The position numbers were made by a program, and so were the translations under genes. A DNA stretch of 63,855 nucleotides, the filler included, from Cercozoa sp. M6MM (lineage: Eukaryota; Protista; Endomyxa: Ascetosporea), in assembly GCA_040357565.1 (NCBI GenBank). It is 11 parts of 11 records of this genome, joined end to end, with 100 filler letters (N's around TTAATTAATTAA, not from the genome) between each part and the next. Parts side by side here need not be neighbours in the genome. Positions count along the whole stretch, not along the records: positions 44,701 to 53,943 come from JBDODJ010000492.1; positions 54,044 to 58,573 come from JBDODJ010001116.1; positions 58,674 to 60,909 come from JBDODJ010001812.1; positions 61,010 to 63,855 come from JBDODJ010001688.1; 7 more parts are not named here. One strand, given 5' to 3'. Below the pieces are notes generated by a model, which was given only the letters and a program-made list of their open reading frames with translations, was not told the DNA's origin and did not search any database. Shown piece by piece: positions 52,100-63,855 of the stretch. Position 1 is the stretch's first letter. Each line of letters starts with the position of its first letter.

Positions 52100-52193
52100 A
52101 AGAGTCACGGCACCGCCCCCGCACGAGATCCGAGCACCATGATGTATGGCACACGACACTGCCCGATTAACGCTATTCTGTCCGTCGCCGGTG

Positions 52194-52416
52194 CTACATC
52201 CATTACTTAGTTAGTTGAGTCTTATAGGAAACCAACTAAGTAGTTGTGTCTGCCCGCTGAGGGTAGGGCCATCCTCCCCTTTCGGCTTCATGGTTGGTGC
52301 AGGTGGCGGGCTACAAATAGAGGCGTCATACGCGGCGTCAGGTCGTCCCGTCGTCCTGTCCCTCCACTCGATAAACTAAACAAAACAAAAAAAAAAAAAA
52401 AAAACTACACCCATTA
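52194..52416 (+). mobile_element. Short retroposed insertion (SINE-like or 5'-truncated LINE 3' end) with poly(A) and probable TSD
   Basis: A ~199-bp body ends in an A-rich tail with an 18-A run. It is flanked by CTACATCCATTA (52194-52205) and CTACACCCATTA (52405-52416), 11/12 identical. Confidence 0.6.
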
Positions 52417-52543
52417 ACGTCGGTTCCACCACTAAGCTCCCAGCGAACACTTCGTCGACGTTAAACTCCGCTCGCTCGGGCCGACCCAGTCAAGTACCGT
52501 ACGATCGGATGGGCGCGGATATCTTATATACTATGTACTATGG

Positions 52544-52546
<3 letters not shown>

Positions 52547-52593
<47 letters not shown>
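52547..52593. repeat. (GA)n microsatellite
   Basis: Perfect dinucleotide run. Confidence 0.95.
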
Positions 52594-52594
<1 letters not shown>

Positions 52595-52694
52595 CAGAAG
52601 CCAAACAGCTCAGAGCATACATAGGGTGACCTTTGACAAGATTGCATAGGTGAGGACGAATGTAAGACGGAAGGCAAAACTAAGAACAACAATT

Positions 52695-53090
52695 TCACGT
52701 GCGAACAGCGCTAGCATCCGCACGTTGGCGTAGCGCGATAGCTGCCTGAAGCGTCAGCCTCCGAGCGCAGCCCGATCCGAGGCGCGCGGACTGTTTGACG
52801 GCGTTGCTGAGGCTCCTGTGCCAACGAGGACAGTACCACATTACATTATACAGAGACAGAGACAGAGACAGAGACAGAGACACACACAGACACAGACACA
52901 GATACAGACACACATAGACACATGTATAACACACCGGGTATGGCAGAAACGGCAGTGCGCGACTGCTGCTGCTGCTGTTGTTGTTGTTGTTGTTGTTGAC
53001 TCAGCTCGGTGTCCTCCTTCTGCAGACTGCGCAGCTGCAGACTCGGTCTCGTCGTTGTCGCTGTTGTGCCTACACAACACGTATCAGTCC

Positions 53091-53138
<48 letters not shown>

Positions 53139-53148
53139 NNNNNNNNNN

Positions 53149-53190
<42 letters not shown>

Positions 53191-53921
53191 GCATAAACAG
53201 AGACGTAGACTTCGACATCGACATAGACATAGACATGCAGACATAGACATATACACATAGACATGGCATAGAAGTAAGTACACTCATAGATGGCCGTCGT
53301 GGCCTCTGTCGTCGCTGCCGGTACCGAGGCAGACGGCGCCGCCAGCGAGCGTCGCAGTCGCAGAATCAGATTGCGCGGCGACGGCAACAACGTCGTCGTG
53401 CCACCCTCACCCTCCTCGACTGCAACACTACTGGCCTCCTGCAGCTCCATCTCCTCCATCTGCTCCTGCACACCCACATACACACACTCAGGGGGGGGGG
53501 GGGTCCGGGGCCGCGGGGGGGGGGGTATGCTGCACCTGCCAGTCGGCCTCGCTCTCCTCACTCAGTCGACACAGCAGGTCCAACGCCGCCTGCCAGGAGG
53601 GAGGGAGTAAGGGGGAGGGGACGGGTAGGGTGCTAAACTAGCCTACGTCCGAGTTGGTCGCCAGCTGCACGTCGCGTAACCTCGTCACGTCCATCTAAAA
53701 CCCGAGACAACAAGTAGGGGGGGGGGGGGGGGCAAGGGAGAAAGTCAGGACTTAATACAACCTACGCTCAATGTAACACCTCGCGGACCATCCAGTCCTC
53801 TACACAACCACAGGGGTAGGAGCGGGGAGGGGGGTTAGAAACAGCACAGAAAGCCCCCCACCTGGGACAGTGCACAAACTGCACACGCGACCGCAGCAAC
53901 TCGCGCTCCTTTGCCAGTTCC
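52695..53921 (-). CDS. Hypothetical protein, 3' part
   Basis: Exon-like blocks (ELAKERELLRSRVQF; AALDLLCRLSEESEADWQ; VQEQMEEMELQE...; WHRSLSNAVKQ...*) separated by C-rich and CA-repeat introns. Confidence 0.5.
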
Positions 53922-54179
53922 TACAGGACGGGGGGGGGGGGGGNNNNNNNNNNNNNNNNNNNNNNNNNNNNNNNNNNNNNNNNNNNNTTAATTAATTAAN
54001 NNNNNNNNNNNNNNNNNNNNNNNNNNNNNNNNNNNNNNNNNNNGTCGACCACACGACAGCGCAGCCCGCTTCGGGTGGGACCATCCAACGCAACTCCCCT
54101 TTTGAAGGCATCAAGGTTGGTACGGAAGCAATGTATAAGGCGAGGGCACTATGCGTACGCTGGCTGACGGAACAAAAAG

Positions 54180-55236
54180 CTAAAGCTGAAGCTTCACCTC
54201 GTCGCCGGGAGCAAACGCCGGCTGGCCGAGATAGGGACACGAAGCGCAACGGAAGGCGTCGCCCAGGTAGCACGAACCGCAGGAGGACTTCTTCGCAGCT
54301 GGCCTGTTTACAAAATAACGCAGTACAACACAGCTTTAGTCTACAGTTATAGAACAGGAAGTACGCGTTGTCAGCAACAGCTTCTTGCTCAAGTTCTTCA
54401 GCACGACCACAGGTGCAGTCCTTGCAGGCCTTGCGACGTCCGCCGGGACCGGTCTCGCAGTCGTCGAGCTTGGTCGACTCGACCTGCACGGGCTGCGCCT
54501 CGTTGAGCAAAAGCTCGTCCTCATCGGCAAGTTCTTCAAAAACATCGTCGGTGGCGCCAAGACTCCTGCAGAAAAAAAAAACGCATATCTTGTTTGTTTC
54601 TAGACTTTAAAAAAGTGCTCAGCGCGTACCAGGCAGCGCCGATCTTGTTCAACGTGCCGCGAACAACAGCTTCGGCCTTCTTGCCGAGCCATTCGTCGCC
54701 ACTAAACACCAACAAACAAAGCTTTGTTTGCAAACCTGCATTGCTCGAAAAGACAAAAGGGTTAGACAGCTACACTTGCTCGACGTCGAGGAAGCCGGCG
54801 TACAAGAGCGCTCGTCGCCAATCGTCGGTTTTCGTGCTGCTTTGGACACGAAGCTTTCCGCCTGCTTGCAGCACACGCAGCACCTCCGCAAGGAGCGAAC
54901 CCTGCTCAACCACAGACTCATCAACTCATAAACAGCGACAAAACACGCACTGGTACCTCGCTCACGGCGTCAGTTTGCAAAAGGACAGTCTCGTAGTCGC
55001 CATCGCTGCACTTGGAGATGTCTACATTCAAAAATACGCTAAGTTCTTCCGCGTGGAAGCAATCATCAAAGAAAGCAGCGAACATCAAGGAACAAGGCGT
55101 TTAGAACAGAGAAAACAACGCTACCCGAATGCTGCGAAAACGTCACAACATCCCCCGACACATTCTTTTCCGTCGCCGCCAGAGCAGCATGCTCCAACAC
55201 GAGTGTCTTGCCCTGAGTAGCCTCTGGCGCACTCAT
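54180..55236 (-). CDS. CIAPIN1: Anamorsin/Dre2 (cytosolic Fe-S assembly)
   Basis: N-terminal methyltransferase-like [12 protein letters not shown]. Motif 1 DCETG...KACKDCTCG. Motif 2 [34 protein letters not shown]. Confidence 0.96.
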
Positions 55237-55495
55237 TGTGAGTTTTTAAAACAAATTAAGTAACCGGGGGTGCGATATCGTCCTCTACGGTCCGAGAAGA
55301 TTCTCTTTTGGGGCATCAGGGGGGGAACTGTAGCCACACGTTTTTTCTCGCGCTACGGACTTTCAAACAGTAAGACAGCGCTAATTCCAGGCAGAGTTCT
55401 TTGTTGCTTTCGTTGCAAAAGTAGTCGTTGTGGTATTTTGGATTAGTTCGGCTTCGATTGGTTTTTCGAAATATTGTCATGGCAGAAAGAGCACG

Positions 55496-56731
55496 ATGAG
55501 TGATTTCTTTTGCTACGGCTGCGATCGAAACATCGGCGGCAGCGTTCGAACAGACTCCGACGGCGACATTCGATGTAAACAAAACATTTGTTGTGAGGGT
55601 CTGAAGCTTTTTTGATTGAAATAGGCCTGAGATGCGATGGTGAATTCGTCGAAAACCTCGCGCTGGACGAAGAACGACAACAGCAACAACAGCAACAACA
55701 ACAACAACAGCAACAGCAACAACAGCAACAATCACCGTTTCGAACTTTTGAGACAACGCTGCCGAATGGTGCGCACGTGTCAGTCACGACACTGTCGCCG
55801 CAGATGAGTGCGACGTCGTTCTCGTTCGCCGACATTTTTGGCGCCTCTAATGGTAGCTTTCTCTTTTCTTGTACCTTTTTTGAATTATATCTTTAAAATT
55901 TGGTTCCAACAGCTGGTCCAACACACGGCTTGTCCGAAATGTTCGCTTCGATCTTGTCGCCCGAGCAGCACGGCCACACTCGCTCCGACTCTAGCAGAAA
56001 CGACGACAGTAACAACGACCGAAACACCGAAGAAACTGACAACACTCGAAACACACAAAACACACGAGGCATGAATCCTTTCGCCGTAATTTCGGCACTT
56101 CTGCGCGGCGACACCGAGAATCTCGGTGCTCAACTTGGACACAGTAAGTTGCTCCTTGCTTCTACCCCTCATATTCCCCGCCCTCTATTTTTTTGTCATG
56201 TAGTTGAGTTGGGCGGAAGCGGAGTCAGGATAGGCGATTTTTTCCACGGCGATCTGTCGGAACTCGTGGAGCGACTGGGTGGCGGCATTCACGGTACGAC
56301 CTTTGCGCCTTTGTTTTCCCTTTGTTCTTGCTTGTGCGTGTGTATGTTTGGAGAGTGTAGGCGGCAATGCGGGTCCTCCTCCGACGCCGCAGAATGTTTT
56401 GGATGCTCTGCCGCGCGTGAATGTCACAGCTGCCGATTTGGACCTTCAGGCCAGGTGTCCGGTGTGTCAGGACGATTTTGAGGTCGATGCGAGCTTGCTG
56501 CAGCTGCCGTGTGAGCATTTGTACCATGACGACTGCGCGCTGCCGTGGCTGCGACGGCACAACACGTGTCCCATGTGCCGCGCCACTGTTTCTGCCGATG
56601 TCACCACCAGTAGTACCAACACCACTCGCAGCAATCGCCACACTGCGAGCAGCGAAGCTAACGACACTGGCAGCACGGATGCTGCACCTTCTCCTGACAC
56701 CGACACTCCTCCGCCGTCGTGGTACGGCTAG
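55496..56731 (+). CDS. RNF126/RNF115-like E3 ubiquitin ligase (N-terminal Zn ribbon + RING-H2)
   Basis: FFCYGCDR...CLRCDGEFVE; GPPPTPQNVLDALPRV; CPVCQDDF...LPCEHLYHDDCALPWLRRHNTCPMCR. Confidence 0.92.
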
Positions 56732-57269
56732 TGTAGGTGTTACGGCATAGCGTTCCCCGTTTCTCAGCCCATCAATACCCGTATGGCGGGTTTCGAGGCA
56801 AAATCAGAATCTATAAAAATGCCATTGGTATCGGCCTGGGAAAGGCACAAATGAGAGAGGGCTTTTCTTAAAAGTTATCAGGCCCCCGGAAGGCCTAAAA
56901 GCCCTAATAAAAGCAGTTTGAGGGCAGTATTTTTGTAGAGGTGAGCTACACGACACAGTAAATTTACTACTTTCCTAGGTACTGTACTGGTCTATTTCCG
57001 GTGTAGCAATTGGGAACTGAGGGTTTGTAATATTATGTGTCGGGTCGGCAGACATGATTGATTCCGTGTGCGCGTGAGCCAATAACAAACCCTCCTATCT
57101 ACGCAGCGCAGCCTGCACACGCTCTAAGGTCATTCAATAGGTCACTCCGACTCTGCTAAGGCGCTAACGGGACAAGATTTAGCTTTTTCTATAACAATCC
57201 CAACTGGAAAAGTGAGTTGCGAAACGTCACAAACCCCCAGGTGTCTATGAGAAATCGTCCAGTCATTGA

Positions 57270-58440
57270 TCACGTCGTCCTCGATCGGCCCATCGCATCA
57301 ACGTTATGGAACTCTCGCCTGACGCTCTTGAAGTAGCAGGCTGCGCCTGGATTGGTTGGCGTCGTCTGCCGCGGCGTCGTGTGCACATCATCGATATCCA
57401 CGTCTGTCGGCTCAGCTGCAGCGTCAGTGCCGACATCGTCTTCATCAGAAAAGGCTACTGTAGCTCTCACTGGAAGGCGTATCCTCTGAGCAACCAGCCT
57501 GCCTTCGTACAGCCTTCGCAACACCGCGCGGGCCGACTCGAGCCTTCTTCCTTGACTCGTGCATCGCAAAATTTGTTACGATTAAATTTACTGCCTCCCT
57601 GGAGTCCTCGCGTGTTCCGAGTATGAGGGTCAAAAAAATTACGATTATGGGGAGTTTGCCTTGTATATTGTGCATCCCCCTGCGCTGCACAATTAACCGC
57701 AGATTGGAAGAAGACAGCTTAGACCGCCGGCTTAGGAGCGCGGACGATGCGTTCACGACTCGCCACAAGTACCTGACGTGGATTCAGTTTGCCGTTGCTA
57801 CCGATGGGCAGTATCGAATCCGTCACAATTCTGGTCTGCGACGTCGTTTCGGAAGTAGTCATTGACATCAGTGCAGTTTTGACTCCAAAGTGGACACTTT
57901 TTATGTGTGAACAAAAGGAGAACGCATAAAGTGTGGTGGGTTGATTCTGAACTCATTTGTTCACACATAAAAAGTGTGGTGGGAAGGCATTACCCCAGTA
58001 TGCGAGGTCCGGTGTACTGTAAGACCAACAAGACATGCAAGAGCAAACTAGGAACGAGTATTGTTACCAACAGTAAGATACACGTGATGACAAGGAAGTT
58101 GCCGCTGTAGAAATATCCGTGTGCATCATCCCGGAGTAAATTAATTTAAACGAATGAGGTTAGATACGCTGCTGAAACTCGAGCACTAACGTTAATGCGT
58201 CCAAGGAACACTCCTTGCAATATGACTGCAGACCATGCAATAAAAAAGTACACACAAGAACACGAATCTGGAATCCGACAAGTAAACTTAAAAATACCTG
58301 TTGTTGCGGTGGTAAGGAAGGACAGCCAAATGATAATTTCGATCTAGGACAGAGCGAAAAGTACCAACACAGAAACTGCGCTCTAATTTTGCATTAGGTT
58401 TACCTGTAGTGCTTCCCTGAAATCCGGTGGTGCATTTCGG
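57270..58440 (-). CDS. Hypothetical (possibly membrane) protein, 3' part
   Basis: Short exon-like blocks with hydrophobic IEIIIWLSFLTTATT|VILQGVFLG and an acidic terminal exon. The model is incomplete. Confidence 0.35.
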
Positions 58441-58525
58441 AGAGTGACGCACAGTTTAATGACCCAGAGCAGCTACCAAAGGAAAGAAATTTAACTATTT
58501 TATCAACTGGGAAGTCTGTAATGTT

Positions 58526-58573
<48 letters not shown>

Positions 58574-58677
58574 NNNNNNNNNNNNNNNNNNNNNNNNNNN
58601 NNNNNNNNNNNNNNNNNTTAATTAATTAANNNNNNNNNNNNNNNNNNNNNNNNNNNNNNNNNNNNNNNNNNNNACAC

Positions 58678-58739
<62 letters not shown>

Positions 58740-59191
58740 CATGGCAAAGAGTGAGAGATTAAGTTGACAGTCCGAAAAATGAAAGACCAAAAATGCTATG
58801 AACTAACTCGCTGCTTCGACGAGTGGACGCACGGGTTATGTTTCATTCCAAGAGAGGCTTACAGTAAGTTTAGATTTACATCAGACCCGTCCTGTAAAGC
58901 ACTAATTTACACTTAAAATTTAGTGTAGTATTTTCTCTGCAGCCATTATCGATATACCCAATTTGTGCAGAACACGAAACAGAGATACACCATCACGGCG
59001 GCAACCCGACTTTTTCTGTTTGCAAAAAAGTCGGCCAAAAAAACAGGCGTTGTGACCATGAACATTGGCGTTTTTCTTCGTAGTGTGGCGTTTTTCTTCG
59101 TAGTGACTAGAAATGTCGGAAAGTAAACACTAGTCAGAAAGTAAACACGAGCGGAATCATGTCGGTAAGTGCACTCTTTAAATTCATAATC

Positions 59192-60033
59192 ATGGCCACC
59201 CTCAAAACAACTAATCACTACCTCTTGGAACAGGAGGCGCTCTGTATCGTGGCCAGCGCAATGGCTTCGCGAATTCGGCGAATTGTACATTTCAAAAATC
59301 TGTAACTACCCTGCCGGCATTGCAAACTGGAATTTAATCTAAGTTTACCTCTATCTCTTCTGCAGCCTGTTCGCCACGTTCCCCGTCTCCTTTGCTGGGG
59401 AATGCTGTTTACAGCCGGGGCTTTGACTGCTCCTCCGATTTTCAATTCGTACTTGGAGCATGTACCGATCGCCTCATTCTCTCTCATTTCGGATTTCTCA
59501 CTTATGGTGTTGTCTTTTTGCAGAAGCGCCTCCTGTTCCAAGAGGAGCAACAGCGGATCAACTTTGAGTCGCATACCACTGCGCGTATCCAGCTACAGTT
59601 TGGACTGCACTGCTCTTTTTTGCTGGAGTCGGCGAATGTCGAGACTAGCTCCGAGAAACTCTCGGTCCCATCTTGCGTGCCCGAGTAAACTTAGCGAGTG
59701 GAGGAAGCCCTCGTAAAGTACCTTAATATCACCGTTTCGCTCAGTTGCCGAAGCAAACGCGGCAAAATAAGCTATATTTCTCGAAGTAAGCAACAACCTA
59801 CCACGCTCTCCAAGCGCGTACAATTTACTACTTACTTGACCGCTGCACCCGAAACCATCGGCGAACCATAGTTAACGGGCAGTGAGACTCAAGGTAGTAG
59901 TAGCACGAACGGAAGTTATGCATGCCTACTGTCTGTGTATGCCGAGTCGCACAAACGAAATTGCGACACAAGTAGTAAATTTTTTACTTTTTGCGCGCCC
60001 GACGCGTCGGTGACCGACGGTCTCAGCTGAGGG

Positions 60034-60065
<32 letters not shown>

Positions 60066-60250
60066 TGCAGCAACAGCAGCAACGAGTGGAACCGAAAAGG
60101 GAACGAGAGGCATCGCCAGTAAGCTGTGTGTGTGTGTTTTCGTTGTTCTCCAAAACCCATTGGGTGGTCGGCGCCGACGGTGTTATTGGATTTCACCATA
60201 AAATTGCAAGCCAGAATCGGCCACTGTGCCTTAGTGCTCAATGTGATCTA
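59192..60250 (+). CDS. Hypothetical multi-exon protein with poly-Q
   Basis: Regularly spaced GT..AG introns and the exon EGQQQQQRQQRQLQQQQQRVEPKREREASP. The frame of the early exons is ambiguous. Confidence 0.35.
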
Positions 60251-60864
60251 AGCGTACATTGTCATCTACAAAAGAGAGAAAAAAATTAAGAACAGACGGG
60301 TTCAGCCGCGGCGACCGCTTTGATCAGTGGCTTTCGTTTGCTCGCATTATGCGCGTTGCTGCAATCGCGTCCTCGATGTCTTTCACCTCTGCCGGGCGAA
60401 TGATACGATCGACGCCGCACACCGACTCTTGCCGGATGTACGGGTCGTACTGGGCGGCCCCGGCCAGTCGCAAGAGACCGACCACTGAGAGCAGGCGCAG
60501 AAACATACAGGGACTCCGAGTTCAAGTGCACGAGCCGAATACCGAACGCAGCTTCCGTCGCACGAGGCGCCAAGCCACGGTGAGAATACCATCAATTAAT
60601 TCAGCTGGTTGTCGCCTACTCTACCGCGTTTGCACCGAACAATACAACATCGCCCTCGATCAGTAGGCGCATAGCAGTACCCCGCGGATTGGCGATCTCA
60701 AGATGGGAGGCGGAACCATTGGCGCAACCAGAAAGAACCCGATCCCGCCGGGCGTGCACGCCAAGCTGCGGAAACGCCACGGACACGATATCTCGAATGC
60801 CATTGCGATCGTCGCTGGTGTCGATGACGACTCGGTCCACAAGGCGGTATCCTGCCACAGATGC

Positions 60865-60909
<45 letters not shown>

Positions 60910-61135
60910 NNNNNNNNNNNNNNNNNNNNNNNNNNNNNNNNNNNNNNNNNNNNTTAATTAATTAANNNNNNNNNNNNNNNNNNNNNNNNNNNNNNNNNNN
61001 NNNNNNNNNATCCACTTTCCTTTTGCTTGCCCCAAACCCACTGTCCCGATTGCCCGGCACTGGGGGGGGGGGGGTAAAGGGGGGGGTAGGGGGTAAAGAG
61101 GGTAGGGTAAAGAAAGGGTGAACTCCGAGTCCGAC

Positions 61136-62095
61136 AGGAAGACGGAGCGCGCGGCGCTGCTGCTGGCGTCGCTGCGAGTGGAAACTTCGCGTCGCCGCGG
61201 TTCCAGTTTGCTGCAGCAGAAACGTCAATTGGCTCTGACACGCAATACGTACATTCAGGTACTCTCGTACATACACAAATAGTACATAGTACATATTGTG
61301 CATACTGCAAAGTAGGTTTTGAGGGTATAATACGTTACTGGCAGTAGGGGGTATTTAGAAAGTAAATGTGCATAGCTCGATGGTAAGTATGCATAGTTTG
61401 GTAGTATGTATGCATGGTACATAACAGTAAATTTATGTCCAGGCAGGGTGTCTTTTTTGAGAGCGTGTGTTGTCCTGGTAGAAACAACGTTCGCTGCTGA
61501 TCGCTGCTGCCAAAACATTTGAGATGTCGGTAAAGAACATCAATACTGAACTACACTAACTGAATCGGTCTAAACTGGACTGGACTGGTCAGAAGCGACT
61601 CGAGTCGGATGAGTTGTGGCAGCTGCAGCGCCTGCGACTGCTGGCCGAGATGGAGCAAGAGGTCATGCCGCAGCACTTTGACCTGCACGGCATGGTGGCC
61701 ACCACCTACCACATCAAGGTGCGTTCAGTTAGTTCAGTTCCGAGAGTTAGATTACCTCCACCAACTTACTCTTTCCGTTTAGCTCGGTCGCTACTTGCTC
61801 TCGCTAAAGGACTGAATGTCTCTGACGAATATTCTTGCCCCAGATTGTTACATATTTGTAAATTTAGTTTTATTAAACTTATGATATTTTTGCCACCCAG
61901 TAAAACTCAGATTGACCTTAACTATTTCATTGTATGTGTTTTACTAAAGAAGGAATCGAGGTAGCACTCAGTAACACACGGCTGGTTTCAAGCAGAAAAC
62001 GAAAACGCCAGTTACTGAAAACCGTCCTGCCAATGCCGCGGTGGTCATTGAGCAAGGGCAGATCGATCGACCAATCAAGTGTGTCACTCGGTTGA
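61136..62095 (+). CDS. Hypothetical helical protein, 3' part
   Basis: KTERAALLLASLRVE...TYIQ|KQRSLLIAAAKTFEMS|KRLESDELWQLQRLRLLAEMEQEVMPQHFDLHGMVATTYHIK| spliced in phase. The last exon is tentative. Confidence 0.45.
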
Positions 62096-62252
62096 TTGAA
62101 TGGGTCACCAGTCACTGGTTGCTGACGAAGTGGACTCAGTCAGCAGTCTCGCCCTTTAGGTGATTGATCCGCGCAGGTCAGGCCTCCCCTTTGTGCTCTT
62201 AGTTCTTTGCTTCTTCGCTCGTCGTGCTTTTGTACCCCGTAGTTCTTGCACA

Positions 62253-63110
62253 ATGAAGTTCCTGGTACGTCTACTGTAGCAGTTTTGTTAGCGTGTGAGT
62301 GCGATGTCGTTTTTCTGGAGGTAGATTGCCACGATTGCCGCCCTTGCCACGGTCGCTCGCGCTCAGGCGCCGTCGTTCGACGCGATCTCTGAAGTGCTTG
62401 ACGGCGACAAGTGTGTCGAGCGCTACGAGGCCTGCAAGGAGGACCAGGACTGTGCCCGCGTGCTGGCCGACTACCACGAGGCTGCCAACCGCTGCGTGCT
62501 CGAGAAGTGCAAGCTCGAGGGTCTCTCGGGTGTTGAGTACGCCAAGACGCTGCAGAACTGCGACTTTGAGTGCGCTGTGGTACAGTAAATTTAGTCCTGT
62601 AATTTTCTGTTTGTGATAATCTGTTGTGGAGCTTGGAAATCGTCAGTTGTACTGTCTGATCCTTTCTCTTTGAATGAACTAGAACCCCGACAACTTTACG
62701 ATCCCGTCGGGCACGGACCTGCAGCACAGCTGCTTGGAGACTGAGTCCAAGGGCCGGCGTGCTGGTAAGAACTAAATTGAACTTTCACGTATGTAAATTT
62801 GGTTTTATTCTTTCGTGGCATGTGTTTTACGACAGACGAGGACGTGGAGTTGCAGTACAAGTACGAATCTAAGCAGCAAAACGGTCTGATGGTGCCTAAG
62901 GGCTGCCACATCGTCGACAAGGCCTTCGCGTCGCAGCAGCTCTCGCTGGAGGCGGCCAAGAAGCTCAACGAGGCCGTCTGCGACGTTAGCAACGAGAACA
63001 AGACCGTGTGCGCCGAGATCAAGAAGAGCAAGATCCGTCCGTGCTCATCGGCTGCCTCGGTGTCGGCCACGCTCGCCTTCGGCGTCGCTGCTGTTCTTGC
63101 CCTCAACTAA
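62253..63110 (+). CDS. Secreted Cys-rich, probably GPI-anchored surface protein
   Basis: Signal MKFL|IATIAALATVARA, about 10 Cys, and C-terminal SSAASVSATLAFGVAAVLALN* (small-residue omega region plus hydrophobic tail, no cytosolic tail). Strong C/G-ending codon bias. Confidence 0.82.
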
Positions 63111-63855
63111 ACGCAACTGCGCTGGCAACCTCGGGCCGGCAGAACCGACTTTCGATCATGTGTACCATATCCGATCGTGTGTACAGAAAACAGCTTCGGC
63201 CTCTAGGTAATTGGCTTCTTCAACTAACCAGCTGCTGCACGCAAAAATTGGAGTCCAGGAGACCAGATTAAAAAAACTTGAAGAGACTGCCAGTCCGTCA
63301 GAGTACAAGTAAAACTCCTTATAGACGTATATACGTTCTCGGAAAATGCCAAAATTGACGACTACTACCCTTGAATTTCTTTAATAAATTGCTTAATAAT
63401 TTGAATCGACCGACCTAAATCAGCTTAATAGAGAACACAAGTACTAAATTAGGTTTAAACTACTAGAGTGAACGTGTCAACCGAAGATCAGCCGCCATCG
63501 CCGTCGTTGACCAAGAACTCGTCAGAGTCGTGCATGTCGCCGCCTGCGACGTCGAAATCGCTGTCGAACGAATATCCTGGCGGCCGTTCGACATTTTCGT
63601 AAGGGAAAGCATCATTCGGAAGGGTTTGAGTCGGGAGGAGGTTCTTACGGGCGATGCGAGCACTGCGCCGCGTGGGTTGCGTCGCAGCCAGTTGCAGCCA
63701 GTTCAGGATCCTGCACGAACTCGGCGTCGGACGAGTCGGCGACATCCGAGGCATCCACGTTGCTCTGCGCCCCGCTGGTGGGTGTTGACAAAGTCGCACG
63801 CCTTGACCGTGGCCTGAAAATAGTGTGTGTGCGTGTGTGAGTGTGTGTGTGTGTG

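Noticed and set aside
52210-52275. Hammerhead-like GAAAC-hairpin-GTC in the retroposed insertion
   Set aside because: No correctly placed CTGANGA core and no stem I/II.
56739-57230. Possible solo LTR (TGTTACG...CGTCACA)
   Set aside because: Imperfect termini, no target-site duplication, and no similarity to the LTR fragments on contig 6.
61060-61100. G-rich GGGTAAA-like runs resembling telomeric repeats (also about 24836, 24930, 39995)
   Set aside because: Irregular, intron-internal purine/pyrimidine tracts rather than tandem telomere units.
61480-61720. TRP-box-like LLIA..KTFE...ESD..W..QR..LL.E motif
   Set aside because: The preceding exon is charged rather than transmembrane, so there is no S6 helix. 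The flanking AACTG/CAGTT inverted similarity is low-complexity intron sequence.

Overview
Eukaryotic nuclear DNA from an intron-rich, gene-dense protist with mitochondrial and ciliary genes; the taxon cannot be fixed from sequence alone. The window is not contiguous. It is 11 contigs joined by artificial N44-TTAATTAATTAA-N44 six-frame-stop linkers, so adjacency across linkers means nothing. Genes are split by many short GT-AG introns, mostly about 50-75 nt and longer where microsatellites have expanded, so the supplied ORF track misses or garbles most real genes; I spliced them by hand. Recognisable genes: SPTLC1/LCB1, a Roadblock-like protein, a 52-aa Cys/His protein ending in CaaX, DNLZ/Hep1, RINT1/TIP20-like, the CC2D2A 3' exon, a PH+TBC Rab-GAP, a BCS1-like 3' part, a UBA-WW protein, an M14 procarboxypeptidase 5' part, OLA1, TMEM128, CFAP299, DRE2/anamorsin, an RNF126/115-like RING-H2 E3 and a GPI-anchored Cys-rich surface protein. 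Mobile elements: an intact single-ORF Ty3/Gypsy element, an APE-RT LINE and a short poly(A) retroposed insertion. The standard code appears to be used, since TAA, TAG and TGA all end conserved genes. The most striking observation is a ~796-aa mitochondrially targeted protein with an ATP synthase OSCP/delta-like core inside very large N- and C-terminal extensions. All homology calls are by-eye motif recognition and have not been confirmed by searches.
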